Positions 43,378 through 53,472 of a stretch of DNA of 64,000 nt are shown piece by piece. Numbering within the stretch: the stretch's first letter is position 1; each line of letters opens with the position of its first letter. A model generated the notes under the pieces. It was not told the origin of the DNA and did no database searches. It was given only the letters and a program-made list of their open reading frames with translations. Origin of the DNA: an uncultured Acidobacteriota bacterium. Its GTDB lineage: Bacteria; Acidobacteriota; Vicinamibacteria; Vicinamibacterales; JAKQTR01. The position numbers and the translations under genes were made by a program. Location of the stretch: contig CAWDWR010000003.1 of assembly GCA_963806085.1 (NCBI GenBank), positions 778,590 through 842,589 on the forward strand. Reading direction: 5' to 3'.

Positions 43378-44883
43378 CTAGCGGCGGAAGTCGGCCAGAC
43401 GAACGACGGCGCGGTCGATGACGGCGTCGGCCTGCGACTGGGGCACGTTGAAGTTGTTCACGATCATCGAGAACACGAGGGGTTCGCCGTCGGCGGAGGT
43501 CACGTAGCCGGAGAGCGCCCGGGCATTGGCGATCGAGCCCGTCTTCGCGCGGGCGTTGCCCTGGGCCCGCGTGTCCTTCATCCGGCCCGCAATCGTGCCG
43601 TCCACGCCCGCGATGGGAAGCGCCGTGATGAACGGCTCATAGTGCCGGTCTTCCGCGTACATCCTCGTCAGCACGGTCACGAGCACGCCGGCGGTGAGGT
43701 AGTTGTAGCGCGACAGGCCGGAGCCGTCAGCCTGCAGGTATTGATCCGGGGCGATCCCCCAGCCCCGGAGCACCTCTCCCAGCACCCTGCGCCCCTCGCG
43801 AATCGTGCCCGGGCCGCCGTCGGCAGGCCGCCCGATTACCTTCAGCAAGGTGTCGGCGTACAGGTTCTGGCTGACCTTCATCAGGACCTTGCCGATCTCC
43901 GAGAGCGGGGGAGAGGTATACGTCACGAGCGTTTCCGCCCCGGTGACGTCCGGAGGAGCGGGCAGCGAGTCCATGTCGACGGCGCCGCCCGTCACGTCGA
44001 TGCCGCGGCTCAGGAGGGCCTGGCGGAACGCGCCCACCAGGAACTCGGTGGGGTTGTCCACCGACACGGTCTGGGTGACGTCCATCTTCCCCGCCGGCAC
44101 CGAACCGCTGACCCCGAGCCTCCGGCTTCCCGGCGGCCTCGCGACATTCACGTCGCCCGCACCGTCCGCCGGAGCCGTCTTGACTGCGGCTTCGATCGTC
44201 AGGCCGCTGCCCTCGGGCCTCGCGGTCACCGCAACCGGATCACCCGCGGCCGAGCCGGGCGTGAAGCTCAGGCGGACGACGTTCTCGTTGAAATCGAGCC
44301 CGCCGACCGGCGTCGCGTAGCCGTAGGCGAGGTAGTCCCACGACCATCCCTGGCCCAGCCCCTCGTCGTCGAACACGTTGTCGTTACCGATCAGCCGGCC
44401 GTCGACGCGCGAGATGCCTCGTGCGCGGACCTGGTCCGCCCAGCGCTCCAGCACGGACGGACCCTCGGTGGGGCGGCCCCCCAGTGATGGATCGCCGCTG
44501 CCAATCACCACGAGATCGCCTTTGAGCACACCGCCCTCGACGGGCCCGGCGGCAAGGACTTTCGTCGTGAAGGTGTAGTCCCAGCCCAGGCGCTCCGCGG
44601 CGGCCGCCATGGTGACGACCTTCATGTTGGACGCGGGCATGAGGAACGTTCCCGGGTTCAGGGCGAACAGCGTCTCGCCGGTGGCAAGCGACTTGACGAG
44701 GACGCCCCACACCGCGTTCTGGAACTCGGGAGCCTCGTAGTAGGAGGCCAGGTCTGCCTTGAGCGCGTTGACGCCTCGTTTCGGCTGCACGAGCGGCCGC
44801 GGCGCCGTGGCGGGCGCCATCTTGGGCGCGCAGCCGGTGGCGAAGACGAGGACACCGACCGCGGCCAGGATCCGGCGCCTCAC
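43378..44883 (-). CDS. dacB: D-alanyl-D-alanine carboxypeptidase/endopeptidase (PBP4, peptidase S13)
   Basis: GTG start overlapping the upstream stop. Lipobox-like VLVFATGC, PASNMK (SxxK), ...KTGSI... Intact. It is the 3' third of the 1156-aa ORF 43378..46848. Confidence 0.85.
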   Translation of the reverse strand: MRRRILAAVGVLVFATGCAPKMAPATAPRPLVQPKRGVNALKADLASYYEAPEFQNAVWGVLVKSLATGETLFALNPGTFLMPASNMKVVTMAAAAERLGWDYTFTTKVLAAGPVEGGVLKGDLVVIGSGDPSLGGRPTEGPSVLERWADQVRARGISRVDGRLIGNDNVFDDEGLGQGWSWDYLAYGYATPVGGLDFNENVVRLSFTPGSAAGDPVAVTARPEGSGLTIEAAVKTAPADGAGDVNVARPPGSRRLGVSGSVPAGKMDVTQTVSVDNPTEFLVGAFRQALLSRGIDVTGGAVDMDSLPAPPDVTGAETLVTYTSPPLSEIGKVLMKVSQNLYADTLLKVIGRPADGGPGTIREGRRVLGEVLRGWGIAPDQYLQADGSGLSRYNYLTAGVLVTVLTRMYAEDRHYEPFITALPIAGVDGTIAGRMKDTRAQGNARAKTGSIANARALSGYVTSADGEPLVFSMIVNNFNVPQSQADAVIDRAVVRLADFRR

Positions 44884-46218
44884 TTGATGGCCTCGAGCGC
44901 CTTGATCGCCTCGTCGAACTTGGCCGCATCTACCTTCGCCGCGCCGGGCTCGCCCGCGCGCATGGCGAACACATCGGCGCCGACCTTGCCGAACACGACG
45001 CGTTCCTCCTTCTTGCCGTCTTCGAACTTCGCCGTCACCACGGCGACCGGCGCGTCGGCGCCGGTCTTCGCCCCGGCATCGACCCAGCCGCTCACCGACA
45101 GGCCGGAGAACGCGCTGAGCAGGCCATCCATCTGGGACGTCTCCACATCCTTCGCAGGGCTCAGCCTCTTCCACCTGGCCGTGCCGTCCTTGTCGGTCGT
45201 GCGCTCGAACGCCACGGTGTCCGCTCCGCGCGTGACCTCGAGGCGGGTGGCCGTGAACGACCTGAACTCGAACACGTCCTTGGGCCGGAAGGCGTCGGCG
45301 TTGTTCCGCAGGGCGTTGACGAGGGCCGGATCGATCGTGACGATCATCGGCCTCGACACGTCCCTGGCGTACTGGAACCCGCTCTGGTCGGCCTTGCCGA
45401 TGGCGATCGTCGCGCGCGTGCTGCCTGCGCCCACGGTGGCCGTCAGTTCGGGCTTGTCGAGGCCGTACTTGGCGAAGTCCTTCTCGGCCGCCTGCGCCTC
45501 GGCGATCGACTTCATCGCGAGCGTCTGCAGGCTGCCGATGGCGCCATCGACCTGGCCCTGGTCGGCCCGGGCGTTCACGGGGCTCGTCATCCGCCACCCG
45601 TCGCCCGCTTTTGCGAACGCCAGGCGCTGGTCCTTTGTCACGATCTCGAGCGAATCCACCTTCGCGCGATCGAACGACAGGATGGTCTTGTCGCGCAGGT
45701 CGAAGGTGCTCTTGTTGAACGTCGACTCGAGGAACGACGACACCAGGAACACGCGCGCGCTGCCCGGCAGCGCGGCGTACATCTCGCCGCCGGTGGCGTT
45801 CTTGTCGCCCAGGAGCAGGCGCGACGCGTCGGTCTGGCCGGCCTTCTTGAAGCGCACCTCGATGCGAGGGCGTCGCGAGGCCGAACTGCGCGAGATCGGC
45901 GGCCTTCTCGTCGACCACGCGCTGGATCTCGAGCGACGCCAGATTGCTGACGATGCCGGTGACCTCGCCTTCGTCGGCCTTGGCGTCGAGCGGCGAGGCG
46001 ATGCGCCACGCGTCGCCGCTCCTCTTGAGCACCGTGCGATCGCCCGAGGCGGACTTCACCTCCACCTCCTCGATCTTGTCGGCCTCGACGGCGAACACCT
46101 TCTGTTTCTGCTCGGCCGTGTCCGGCGCGGCCGTCCGCTTCATCTCGTAGAAGTAGATGTAGCCGACCAGGCCCAGCAGCACGAGCAGCAGGATGAACGT
46201 CGACCGGAACCCGCGCAT
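44880..46218 (-). pseudogene. DUF4340 domain protein; one frame break (~45870)
   Basis: N-terminus MRGFRSTFILLLVLLGLVGYIYFY... in the big-ORF frame, the rest in ORF 44880..45857. The usual partner of GldG-type ABC accessory proteins. Confidence 0.65.
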
Positions 46219-47813
46219 CAACGCCTCCGCCACCAGGTGTAGACGCCCATCGCCAGGATGAGCGCCAGGCAACACGAACAGCGCCAGCCATGCGATGCGG
46301 CGCGCCTGGTCGTTGGTGAGCGTCAGCCGGCTGTCCCCCGCCTCTTTCGGCCGGATGGCGATCAGGTTCTCCTGCTGCGAGAGCCAGCCGACGATGTTCA
46401 TGAAGAAGTCGCGGTTGCCCGAGATGTTGATCGCGACGTTGGACGCGAAGTCCGAGTCGCCCATCACGACCACGCGCGTCTCCGGCGGCTTGGTGTCGGC
46501 CGGCTTGTCGCCGCCCGGCGGTGTCGGTTCGGCAGCCTTCACCGGCTGCGACGCCGCCACGCCCACGCTGATGGGGCCGCGGCGGTCGCCGCCCTTGGCT
46601 TCGTCGAGCTTCGGGCCGTCCTTGGCCGCCACGCTGTCGATGTCGGTCTCGGCCCAGCTGCGCTCGCCCGTCTGCACGATCGGCTGCGCCGTGACGCCGC
46701 CCGCGCCGGTTTCGGCCGTGACGGACCGGGCCAGGGGGAACGCGGTCAGCGTGTCGAAGCGCTCCGTGATCGGGTGCGGCGGATAGGACACCGACACCGG
46801 CGTGTCGTAGCTCGAGCCGATGAGCTGCCCGAGGCCGCTCGCGTCCACGACGACGTCCCTGCCGAGCTTTGCCGCCCCATTGCTTCGCGAGGCCCTCGAA
46901 CAGGGGAAGGGGAGGGGCCGAGTTGGACGCAGGCGGGTCGATCAGGAGAAAGCAGCTTGCCGCCCTTGGCGAGGTACGCCTCGATGGCGGCCTGTTCCGG
47001 CGGCAGCAGGTCCGAGGTCGGCCCCGCCGCCACCAGCGCCGACGCGCCGTCGGGAACCGCGCCGGCCTGAATCAGCGCGAGGCGTTCGACGCCGTAGTTC
47101 TCGCGCTCGAGCGCGCCCTTGATCGTCCCGTATCCGGAACGCTCCGAGCTGTTGGGGTCGCGCTCGCCGTGGCCCTGCAGGAAGTAGATCGGTCTTCTTG
47201 GCGCCGCTGACCACCTTGATGATGCCGTTGGTCAGATCCTGCTCGCTGTCGCCGACGACGCGCTCGATGCGGCCCTTGTACTCGAACACCACCGTGCCGT
47301 AGGACTGCACCTGGTACTGCCGCGCCACGGCCGGCTTCACGTCGGGGTCGACGTAGTCGATGGACACCTGCTTCGAGGCGAACCCGTACTCGGGCAGGCG
47401 GTCCTTGAACCGCGCCATCTCCTGGCTCTTCTCGAACGCCGGTGATCTTGAGCGGCGCGTCCAGCTTGCGCAGGATGTTCATCGTCTGGTCGCGAGAGCG
47501 TGAACTCGCCGGACTTCGTCAGGTCCCACCGCTTGTTCTGCCGGGACCCGAGGTAGTTGATGGCGACCAGGATCCCGAGCACGATGAGGATGCTGGCCGC
47601 CGTGAGGGTGCCGAGGCGCGTCTGGCGCCGCCGGAACGCGCCGACGATGTCGCGCCACTGGCTGAGCATGTAGACCAGGACGCAGACCAGGCCCGCCCAC
47701 GCGCCCCAGTAGGCGTAGCGGTCCCACTCGGGCCTGAGGAAGCGGATCGCGACGGCCGCCAGGACCAGCGCGACGCCGACCCAACCGATGATGCTGCCGA
47801 TTCTGTTGAGCAT
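46218..47813 (-). pseudogene. GldG-like ABC transporter auxiliary protein (ABC_transp_aux); about six frame breaks
   Basis: Pieces in ORFs 47337..47825, 47072..47482, 46942..47418 and 46746..47033 and the 5' part of ORF 43378..46848 (VVVMGDSDFASN...FFMNIVGWLS). The C-terminal TM helix ends ...YTWWRRR in yet another frame. Confidence 0.65.
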
Positions 47814-48582
47814 TATCCCCGCCACCGCTCACTGTCGACCGACTTCGCGGTCAGGAACAGGCCGAAGGTGATGAAGCTGACGTAGTAGACGAGGTGCGTC
47901 GTGTCGATGACGCCCTTGGCGAAGTCCTCGAAGTGCCGCGTGATCGACAGGTAGTTCGACGATCGTCTCGCCCGACGGCCCGAGGAACGTGCCGATCCAG
48001 TCGATGACCCACAGCAGCAGGAAGACGCCGAAGGTCAGCATGCCGGCGACGATCTGGTTCCGCGTGAAGCTCGAGATGAGCATGCCCACCGAGATGAAGC
48101 AGCCGCCCGAGGAGCAGGAGCCCCAGGTACGCCGTGGCAATCGGCTTCCACTCGGGGTTGCCGAACACGAACAGCACGCCGACGTAGACGAGCGTCACGC
48201 CGAGCATCGCGGCATAGAGCGCCATCGCGCCCAGGAACTTGCCGAGGATGATCTGCAGGTCGGTGACCGGCGAGGTCAGCAGCAGCTCGATCGTGCCCGA
48301 TCGCTTCTCTTCGGCGTAGGTGCGCATCGTGATCATCGGCAGCACGAAGAGCAGGACCACGGTGGCGTTCAGCAGCAGCGGCCGCACGAACTGCTGGTTG
48401 AGGTTCAGCGGCGCGGCCTGCATGCCCATGCCGCCCATCATGCCCTGCCGCACGAACCAGTCGAGGATCGCGACGTAGAAGTAGCCGAACAGCAGCGCGA
48501 ACAGGCCGATTACCACGTAGGCGATCGGCGACGCGAAGTACGAGCGAATCTCTTTCTGGGCAATCGCGAGGATGTTGCTCAT
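47813..48582 (-). pseudogene. ABC-2 type permease (GldF-like); frame broken twice
   Basis: MSNILAIAQKEIRSYFASPIAYVV... (ORF 47851..48582), ...SVGMLISSFTRNQIVAGMLTF... (ORF 47829..48140), then the tail ...VYYVSFITFGLFLTAKS. TAATG overlap with the gldG-like start. Confidence 0.65.
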
Positions 48583-49544
48583 GCCGTGGCCTCCTCCGCC
48601 GGCTCCGCCTTGCCGGCCTCTTCCTCGGTGGTCACCTGGAGGAAGATCTCCTCGAGGCTCATCCGCAGCGGCCGCAGCTCGAGCAGGCCGAGGCCGTTCG
48701 ACACCACGGCGCGCGCCAGATCGCGCCGGATGTCCTCGCTGCGCGCGCTCTCCACCTCGTAGCCGACGGCCGCGCCGTGCCGATCGGCCACCGCCACGCG
48801 CGTGACTCCGGCCACGCCCTGCAGGAGCGCCGACGCGTCTCCGCCGTCGACGAGCACGTACATCGTTTCCGCGCCGCTCAGCTGCCGCGTGAGGTTCTCG
48901 GGGGTGTCCACCGCCACGACGCGGCCCTTGTTGATGATCACCACGCGCTGGCAGGTCTGCGCGACCTCCGGCAGGATGTGCGTGCTGAGGATGATCGTGT
49001 GATCGCCGGCCAGTTCGTGGATCAGCTGGCGGGTCTCGATGATCTGCTTCGGGTCGAGGCCCGCGGTCGGCTCGTCGAGCACCAGCACGTCGGGATTGTG
49101 CAGCAGCGCCTGGGCGAGGCCGACGCGCTGGCGGTAGCCCTTCGAGAGCTTGCCGCAGTGCCGGTCCCTCATGTCGTTCACCCGCGTGCGCGCCATCGCC
49201 CGCTCGACGCGCGCCTTGCGCTCGCCTCCCGCCACGCCCTTGATGCGCGCGACGAACGTGAGGTACTCGCGCACCGTCATGTCCGGATAGAGCGGCGGCG
49301 TCTCGGGCAGGTAGCCCATCCGCCGCTTGGCGTCGATGGGCTGGTCGAAGACGTCGAATCCGGCGACCACCACGCGGCCTTCCGTCGGCGGCATGTACCC
49401 GGTGATGACGCGCATCGTCGTCGTCTTGCCGGCGCCGTTCGGCCCGAGGAATCCGAGGATCTCGCCGCGCTCGACGCGGAACGACACGTCGTCGACGGCG
49501 GTGACCCGACCGTAGCGCTTCGTGAGGTGCTGGACCTCGATCAC
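48579..49544 (-). CDS. ABC transporter ATP-binding protein (GldA-like)
   Basis: GTG 49544 preceded by GGAG. GPNGAGKTTT, LSKGYRQR, VLVLDEP. Intact. Confidence 0.88.
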   Translation of the reverse strand: MIEVQHLTKRYGRVTAVDDVSFRVERGEILGFLGPNGAGKTTTMRVITGYMPPTEGRVVVAGFDVFDQPIDAKRRMGYLPETPPLYPDMTVREYLTFVARIKGVAGGERKARVERAMARTRVNDMRDRHCGKLSKGYRQRVGLAQALLHNPDVLVLDEPTAGLDPKQIIETRQLIHELAGDHTIILSTHILPEVAQTCQRVVIINKGRVVAVDTPENLTRQLSGAETMYVLVDGGDASALLQGVAGVTRVAVADRHGAAVGYEVESARSEDIRRDLARAVVSNGLGLLELRPLRMSLEEIFLQVTTEEEAGKAEPAEEATA

Positions 49545-49742
49545 AGCGTTCTCCGTGAATAGGTTGACAACAAACGGGTTGGCCGAACCGGGCCCCGGCG
49601 GGGCGGCCACGGCAGCCGAAGTTTGGACGCTCGCGTCGGTCGGTCGGCCGGAGACATGTCAGACGTGCGGCACGTGATGCTGATTACCAGTCCCCGATGG
49701 TACCGAGGCCGGAGAGAACGTGTCAATACTGCTACGATGGGA

Positions 49743-49853
49743 GGGACTGGGGACTGGGCGCTAGGGGCTAGTCGGACGCGACTCTCGCCGCATGGGTGGC
49801 GAGGCAACATGACCGAATGGCTGACTAGCGCCTAGCGCCAAGTCCCTAGCGCC
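49743..49853. repeat. ~110-bp hairpin element: four heptamers (GGGACTG GGGACTG GGCGCTA GGGGCTA), a 54-nt loop, four complementary heptamers (CTAGCGC CTAGCGC CAAGTCC CTAGCGC)
   Basis: Direct reading. The loop contains its own 6-bp hairpin CTCGCC-N8-GGCGAG. The element ends 8 nt before the ATPase ATG. Confidence 0.9.
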
Positions 49854-49860
49854 TGACAGG

Positions 49861-52002
49861 ATGCCCAGCCCCGTCCCCGCCTGCCCGGTCTGTGAGATCC
49901 ACGCGGAATCGGTGTTCCGCGTCGAGGGCATGGACTGCCACGAAGAGGTGGCCATTCTCGAGCGCAGGCTCAAGCCGCTCAAGGGTCTCGAGTCGATGAG
50001 CGCCGACGTGGTCGGCGGCACGCTGCGCGTCTCGCACGATGCCGCGCTGCTGTCGGCGGCGGCCATCGCCGAGGTGGTCAATGCCGCGGGCATGCGCGCG
50101 TGGCTGGACCGCGACTCCGCGTCGCGCATCACGGTCCGCTCGGGCGGTGCCCGCGAGGCGGTCCTCGCGGTCTCGGGCGCGGCCGCGGCCGCCGGCTTCG
50201 GGCTGGAGTGGTACGGCGCTCCGGCGGCCGCCCCGGCCGCGCTGTTCGCCCTGTCGGTGGCCACGGGCGGCTGGTACTGGGCGCGGCGGGCCTGGTCGGC
50301 TGCGCGGCTCTTCGCCCTCGACATCAACACGCTGATGCTCATCGCCGTGGCCGGGGCCATCCTGATCGGCGCGTGGTCCGAGGCCGCCGCGGTCACGTTC
50401 CTGTTCGCCCTGGCGCAGTGGATCGAGTCGCGCAACATGGAGCGGGCGCGCCTCGCCATCAGGGCCCTCATGGAGCTCACGCCGGGCGACGCCCTCGTGC
50501 ACCGGGACGGGCGCGACGTCCGCGTGCCCGTCGAGAGCGTGGCCGTCGACGACGTGCTGGTCGTCAGGCCCGGAGAGAAGATCCCGCTCGACGGCGAGGT
50601 GTCGGCCGGCCAGAGCGAGGTGAACCAGGCGCCGATCACGGGCGAGTCGCTGCCGGTCGCCAAGGGACCCGGCGACGACGTGTTCGCCGGCACGATCAAC
50701 GGGCACGGCGCGTTGATGGTCCGCGTCACGCACCTGCGCGGCGACACCACGCTGGCGCGCATCATCAACCTGGTGGAGCACGCCCAGTCCGAGCGCGCGC
50801 CCTCGCAGACCTTCGTCGAACGCTTCGCCCGCGTCTACACGCCCGCCGTCGTCACCCTCGCCGCGGCGGTCGCCCTCGTGCCTCCCCTGGTGTTTGCCGG
50901 GCCCTGGCCGGTGTGGGCGTATCGGGCGCTGGTGTTCCTGGTGATTTCCTGCCCGTGTGCGCTGGTGCTGTCGACGCCAGTCTCGATCGTGTCGGCGCTG
51001 GCGGGCGCCGCCAGGAAGGGCGTGCTCATCAAGGGCGGCCGCCATCTCGAAACGCTCGGCCGCGTGCAGTGCGTCGCCTTCGACAAGACCGGCACGCTGA
51101 CACACGGCACCCCGGCCGTGGTCGACGTCCGCGCGATCGCGCCGTGGACGCGCGCCGATGTGCTGAGGCTGGCGGCGTCGGTCGAGGGCCGGTCGGAGCA
51201 CCCGATCGGCCGCGCCATCAGAGGTGCAGCCCGTGGCGAAGGCGTCGGGCTCACGCCCTGCGACGGCTACCAGGCCCTGCCAGGCCGGGGCGCGTCTGCC
51301 GAGGTCGACGGCACGCCCGTGCTCATCGGCAGCCGGCAGCTGTTCGAGCAGCAGGGCTCGCCGTCGGTGGAGTTGGATGCCGCCGTCGCCGCCGCCGCTG
51401 GCGGCGACCGCACCATCGTGATCGTCGCGGCCGGCGGCCGGCCGGCCGGCGTCATTGCCGTCGCCGACGCCCTGCGCCAGAGCGGCCGGGAAGCGATCAG
51501 GCTCCTCAGGCGCGCGGGCATCGGGCACATCGCGATGCTGACCGGGGATCATGCCAGCACCGCAGAGCGCATCGGCGCGGCGCTGGACGTGACGGACGTG
51601 CGGGCGGGCCTGCTGCCGGAGGACAAGCTTGCGGCCATTCGCAACCTCAAGGCCGCCCGGGGCACGGTGGCCATGGTCGGCGACGGCGTCAACGACGCCC
51701 CGGCCCTCGCCGCCGCCGATGTCGGCATCGCGATGGGCGCCGCCGGCAGCGACGCCGCCCTCGAGACGGCGGACGTCGCGCTCATGTCCGACGAGTTGCT
51801 GCGGATTCCCTACGCGGTGCGTCTCAGCCGCGCAACGCTCAGGAACATCCAGGCCAACATCGCCGTGTCGATCGGGCTGAAGGCCGTGTTCCTGGTGCTG
51901 GCCGGCCTCGGCATGGCCACCCTCTGGATGGCCGTCGTCGCCGACATGGGCGCCTCGCTCCTCGTCATCGCCAACGGCCTGCGCCTGCTGCGGTTCGACT
52001 GA
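49861..52002 (+). CDS. heavy-metal translocating P1B-type ATPase (Zn/Cd/Co/Pb class by CPC motif)
   Basis: Intact 713 aa. N-terminal CPVC plus HMA-like GMDCHEE, TM6 SCPCALVLSTP, DKTGTLT, SEHP, GDGVNDAPAL. Confidence 0.92.
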   Translation: MPSPVPACPVCEIHAESVFRVEGMDCHEEVAILERRLKPLKGLESMSADVVGGTLRVSHDAALLSAAAIAEVVNAAGMRAWLDRDSASRITVRSGGAREAVLAVSGAAAAAGFGLEWYGAPAAAPAALFALSVATGGWYWARRAWSAARLFALDINTLMLIAVAGAILIGAWSEAAAVTFLFALAQWIESRNMERARLAIRALMELTPGDALVHRDGRDVRVPVESVAVDDVLVVRPGEKIPLDGEVSAGQSEVNQAPITGESLPVAKGPGDDVFAGTINGHGALMVRVTHLRGDTTLARIINLVEHAQSERAPSQTFVERFARVYTPAVVTLAAAVALVPPLVFAGPWPVWAYRALVFLVISCPCALVLSTPVSIVSALAGAARKGVLIKGGRHLETLGRVQCVAFDKTGTLTHGTPAVVDVRAIAPWTRADVLRLAASVEGRSEHPIGRAIRGAARGEGVGLTPCDGYQALPGRGASAEVDGTPVLIGSRQLFEQQGSPSVELDAAVAAAAGGDRTIVIVAAGGRPAGVIAVADALRQSGREAIRLLRRAGIGHIAMLTGDHASTAERIGAALDVTDVRAGLLPEDKLAAIRNLKAARGTVAMVGDGVNDAPALAAADVGIAMGAAGSDAALETADVALMSDELLRIPYAVRLSRATLRNIQANIAVSIGLKAVFLVLAGLGMATLWMAVVADMGASLLVIANGLRLLRFD

Positions 52003-52006
52003 CTTC

Positions 52007-53329
52007 TCAGGACGGCGTCGAGAGCAGGACGCGGGCGACGCGCAACCCGTCGAGGGCCTCGACCCGAATCTTCCGCCCGCCCACCTCCACGCTGTCTCCG
52101 AGCCTCGGCCGCCGGCCCAGCCGCCCCAGCACGTAGCCGCCGATCGTGTCGTAGAGGTCCTCGTCGATGTCGAGGCCGAACTGCACGTTCACGTCGGTCG
52201 TCAACGCCAGGCCGTCGATGAGCGCCGACCCGTCCGTCAGCACGGTGATGGCCGAGGTGCCGGTCCCGTCGGCGGGCCCGATTTCGCCGACGATGCGCTC
52301 CATCAGTCGCTCGAACGTCACCATGCCGGCCGTGCCGCCGTACTCGTCGATGACAATGGCCAGCGGCGAGCGGCGCTTGCGCATCTCCATGAGCAGATCA
52401 TCGGCTTTCAGCGTGTCGGGCACCGTCAGCGGCTCGTGCAGCATCGGCGTCAGGTCGACGGCCTCGTCCGCGCGCGCCACGACGCCAAGGAGATCCCGCA
52501 TGCGCGCGAGGCCGCGGATGTCGTCGAGATGGGCGCCGTACACCGGGATCACCAACTGCGTGACCTGCGCCAGCCGCGCGAGCAGGTCCTGGCGGCCGAC
52601 GCGCACCGGGAGGGCCGTCATCTCGGTGCGTGGCAGCATCACCTGGCCGGCCGTCAGGTCACCGAACCCGAACACCCGGTGCAGCATCTGCTCCTCTTCC
52701 TCCTCGATGACACCCGCCTCCTGGCTGGCCGTGACGAGCATCTTCAGCTCTTCTTCCGAGTGCACCAGGGAGCTGCCGCTCGGCGGCTTCAGCCCGAGCA
52801 GCCGCACGACGGCGCGGCCCGTGCTGTTGAGCATCGAAATGAAGGGCCAGAAGACGCGCATGAACAGCTCGGTCGGCCGCCCGACGATGAGCGCCGTGCG
52901 CTCGGCGTGCTGAAGGGCGACGGTCTTGGGCGCGAGCTCGCCGAGCACGATATGGAGGGTGGTGATGAAGGCGAAGCCCAGGGCGACCGCGACAGAGTGA
53001 GCCGTGGCTTCCCGCAGCGCGACCGGCAGCAGGCCCAGCACGGGCTGGATCATCGAGGAGACGGCGGGCTCGCCAATCCAACCGAGGCCGAGGCTCGTCA
53101 TCGTGATCGCGAGCTGGGTGGCGGCGATGTAGCTTTCCGGATCCGTGAGCGCGCGGCGCACGGGGCGCGCCAGGCTGCTGCCCTCGGCGATGAGCTGGTC
53201 GATGCGCGTCTTGCGCACCGTGACCAGGGCGAACTCGGCCGCCACGAAGAACCCGTTGGCGAACACGAGAGCCATGACAGCCGCGAGGCGCCAGGCGATT
53301 TCGCCCGGGCCGAACAGCGTGTGATCCAT
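52007..53329 (-). CDS. CNNM/CorC-HlyC family transporter (DUF21-CBS pair-CorC_HlyC)
   Basis: Intact 440 aa. AAEFALVTVRK..., CBS region, and C-terminal ...GDSVEVGGRKIRVEALDGLRVARV. Convergent with the ATPase with a 4-nt gap. Confidence 0.88.
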   Translation of the reverse strand: MDHTLFGPGEIAWRLAAVMALVFANGFFVAAEFALVTVRKTRIDQLIAEGSSLARPVRRALTDPESYIAATQLAITMTSLGLGWIGEPAVSSMIQPVLGLLPVALREATAHSVAVALGFAFITTLHIVLGELAPKTVALQHAERTALIVGRPTELFMRVFWPFISMLNSTGRAVVRLLGLKPPSGSSLVHSEEELKMLVTASQEAGVIEEEEEQMLHRVFGFGDLTAGQVMLPRTEMTALPVRVGRQDLLARLAQVTQLVIPVYGAHLDDIRGLARMRDLLGVVARADEAVDLTPMLHEPLTVPDTLKADDLLMEMRKRRSPLAIVIDEYGGTAGMVTFERLMERIVGEIGPADGTGTSAITVLTDGSALIDGLALTTDVNVQFGLDIDEDLYDTIGGYVLGRLGRRPRLGDSVEVGGRKIRVEALDGLRVARVLLSTPS

Positions 53330-53362
53330 GACCGGCCTCCAGGGGGGAACTGTACTACGGCA

Positions 53363-53472
53363 GGCGCCAGGGACTCGGCGCTAGGCGCTAGTCGGTCTTG
53401 GCGTCTCGCCGGCAGGCCAGCCACGCGGCGGGAGCCGCGTCTCACTAGCCCCTAGCGCCAAGTCCCTAGCCC
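53363..53472. repeat. second copy of the ~110-bp heptamer hairpin element (GGCGCCA GGGACTC GGCGCTA GGCGCTA, a 54-nt loop, CTAGCCC CTAGCGC CAAGTCC CTAGCCC)
   Basis: Direct reading. Same orientation as the copy at 49743. The right arm runs straight into the stop codon (CTA, 53473-53475) of the response-regulator gene. Confidence 0.9.

Noticed and set aside
43378-46848. Giant 1156-aa minus-strand ORF that looks like a huge multidomain protein.
   Set aside because: It is a chimera. Only its last 501 codons are a real gene (dacB, GTG 44883). Further upstream it reads the N-terminus of the DUF4340 gene and part of the GldG-like gene, joined by out-of-frame, stop-free GC-rich sequence.
49545-49742. 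70-aa ORF 49623..49835, or a regulator or sRNA, in the 316-nt gap upstream of the ATPase.
   Set aside because: The ORF runs through the repeat element, has no motif or RBS, and has a composition like the shadow ORFs. I saw no MerR/ArsR-type operator palindrome either.
50100-52136. 678-aa same-strand alternative-frame ORF inside the P-type ATPase gene.
   Set aside because: Low-complexity Arg/Gly/Pro translation. The 49861..52002 frame carries all the ATPase motifs.
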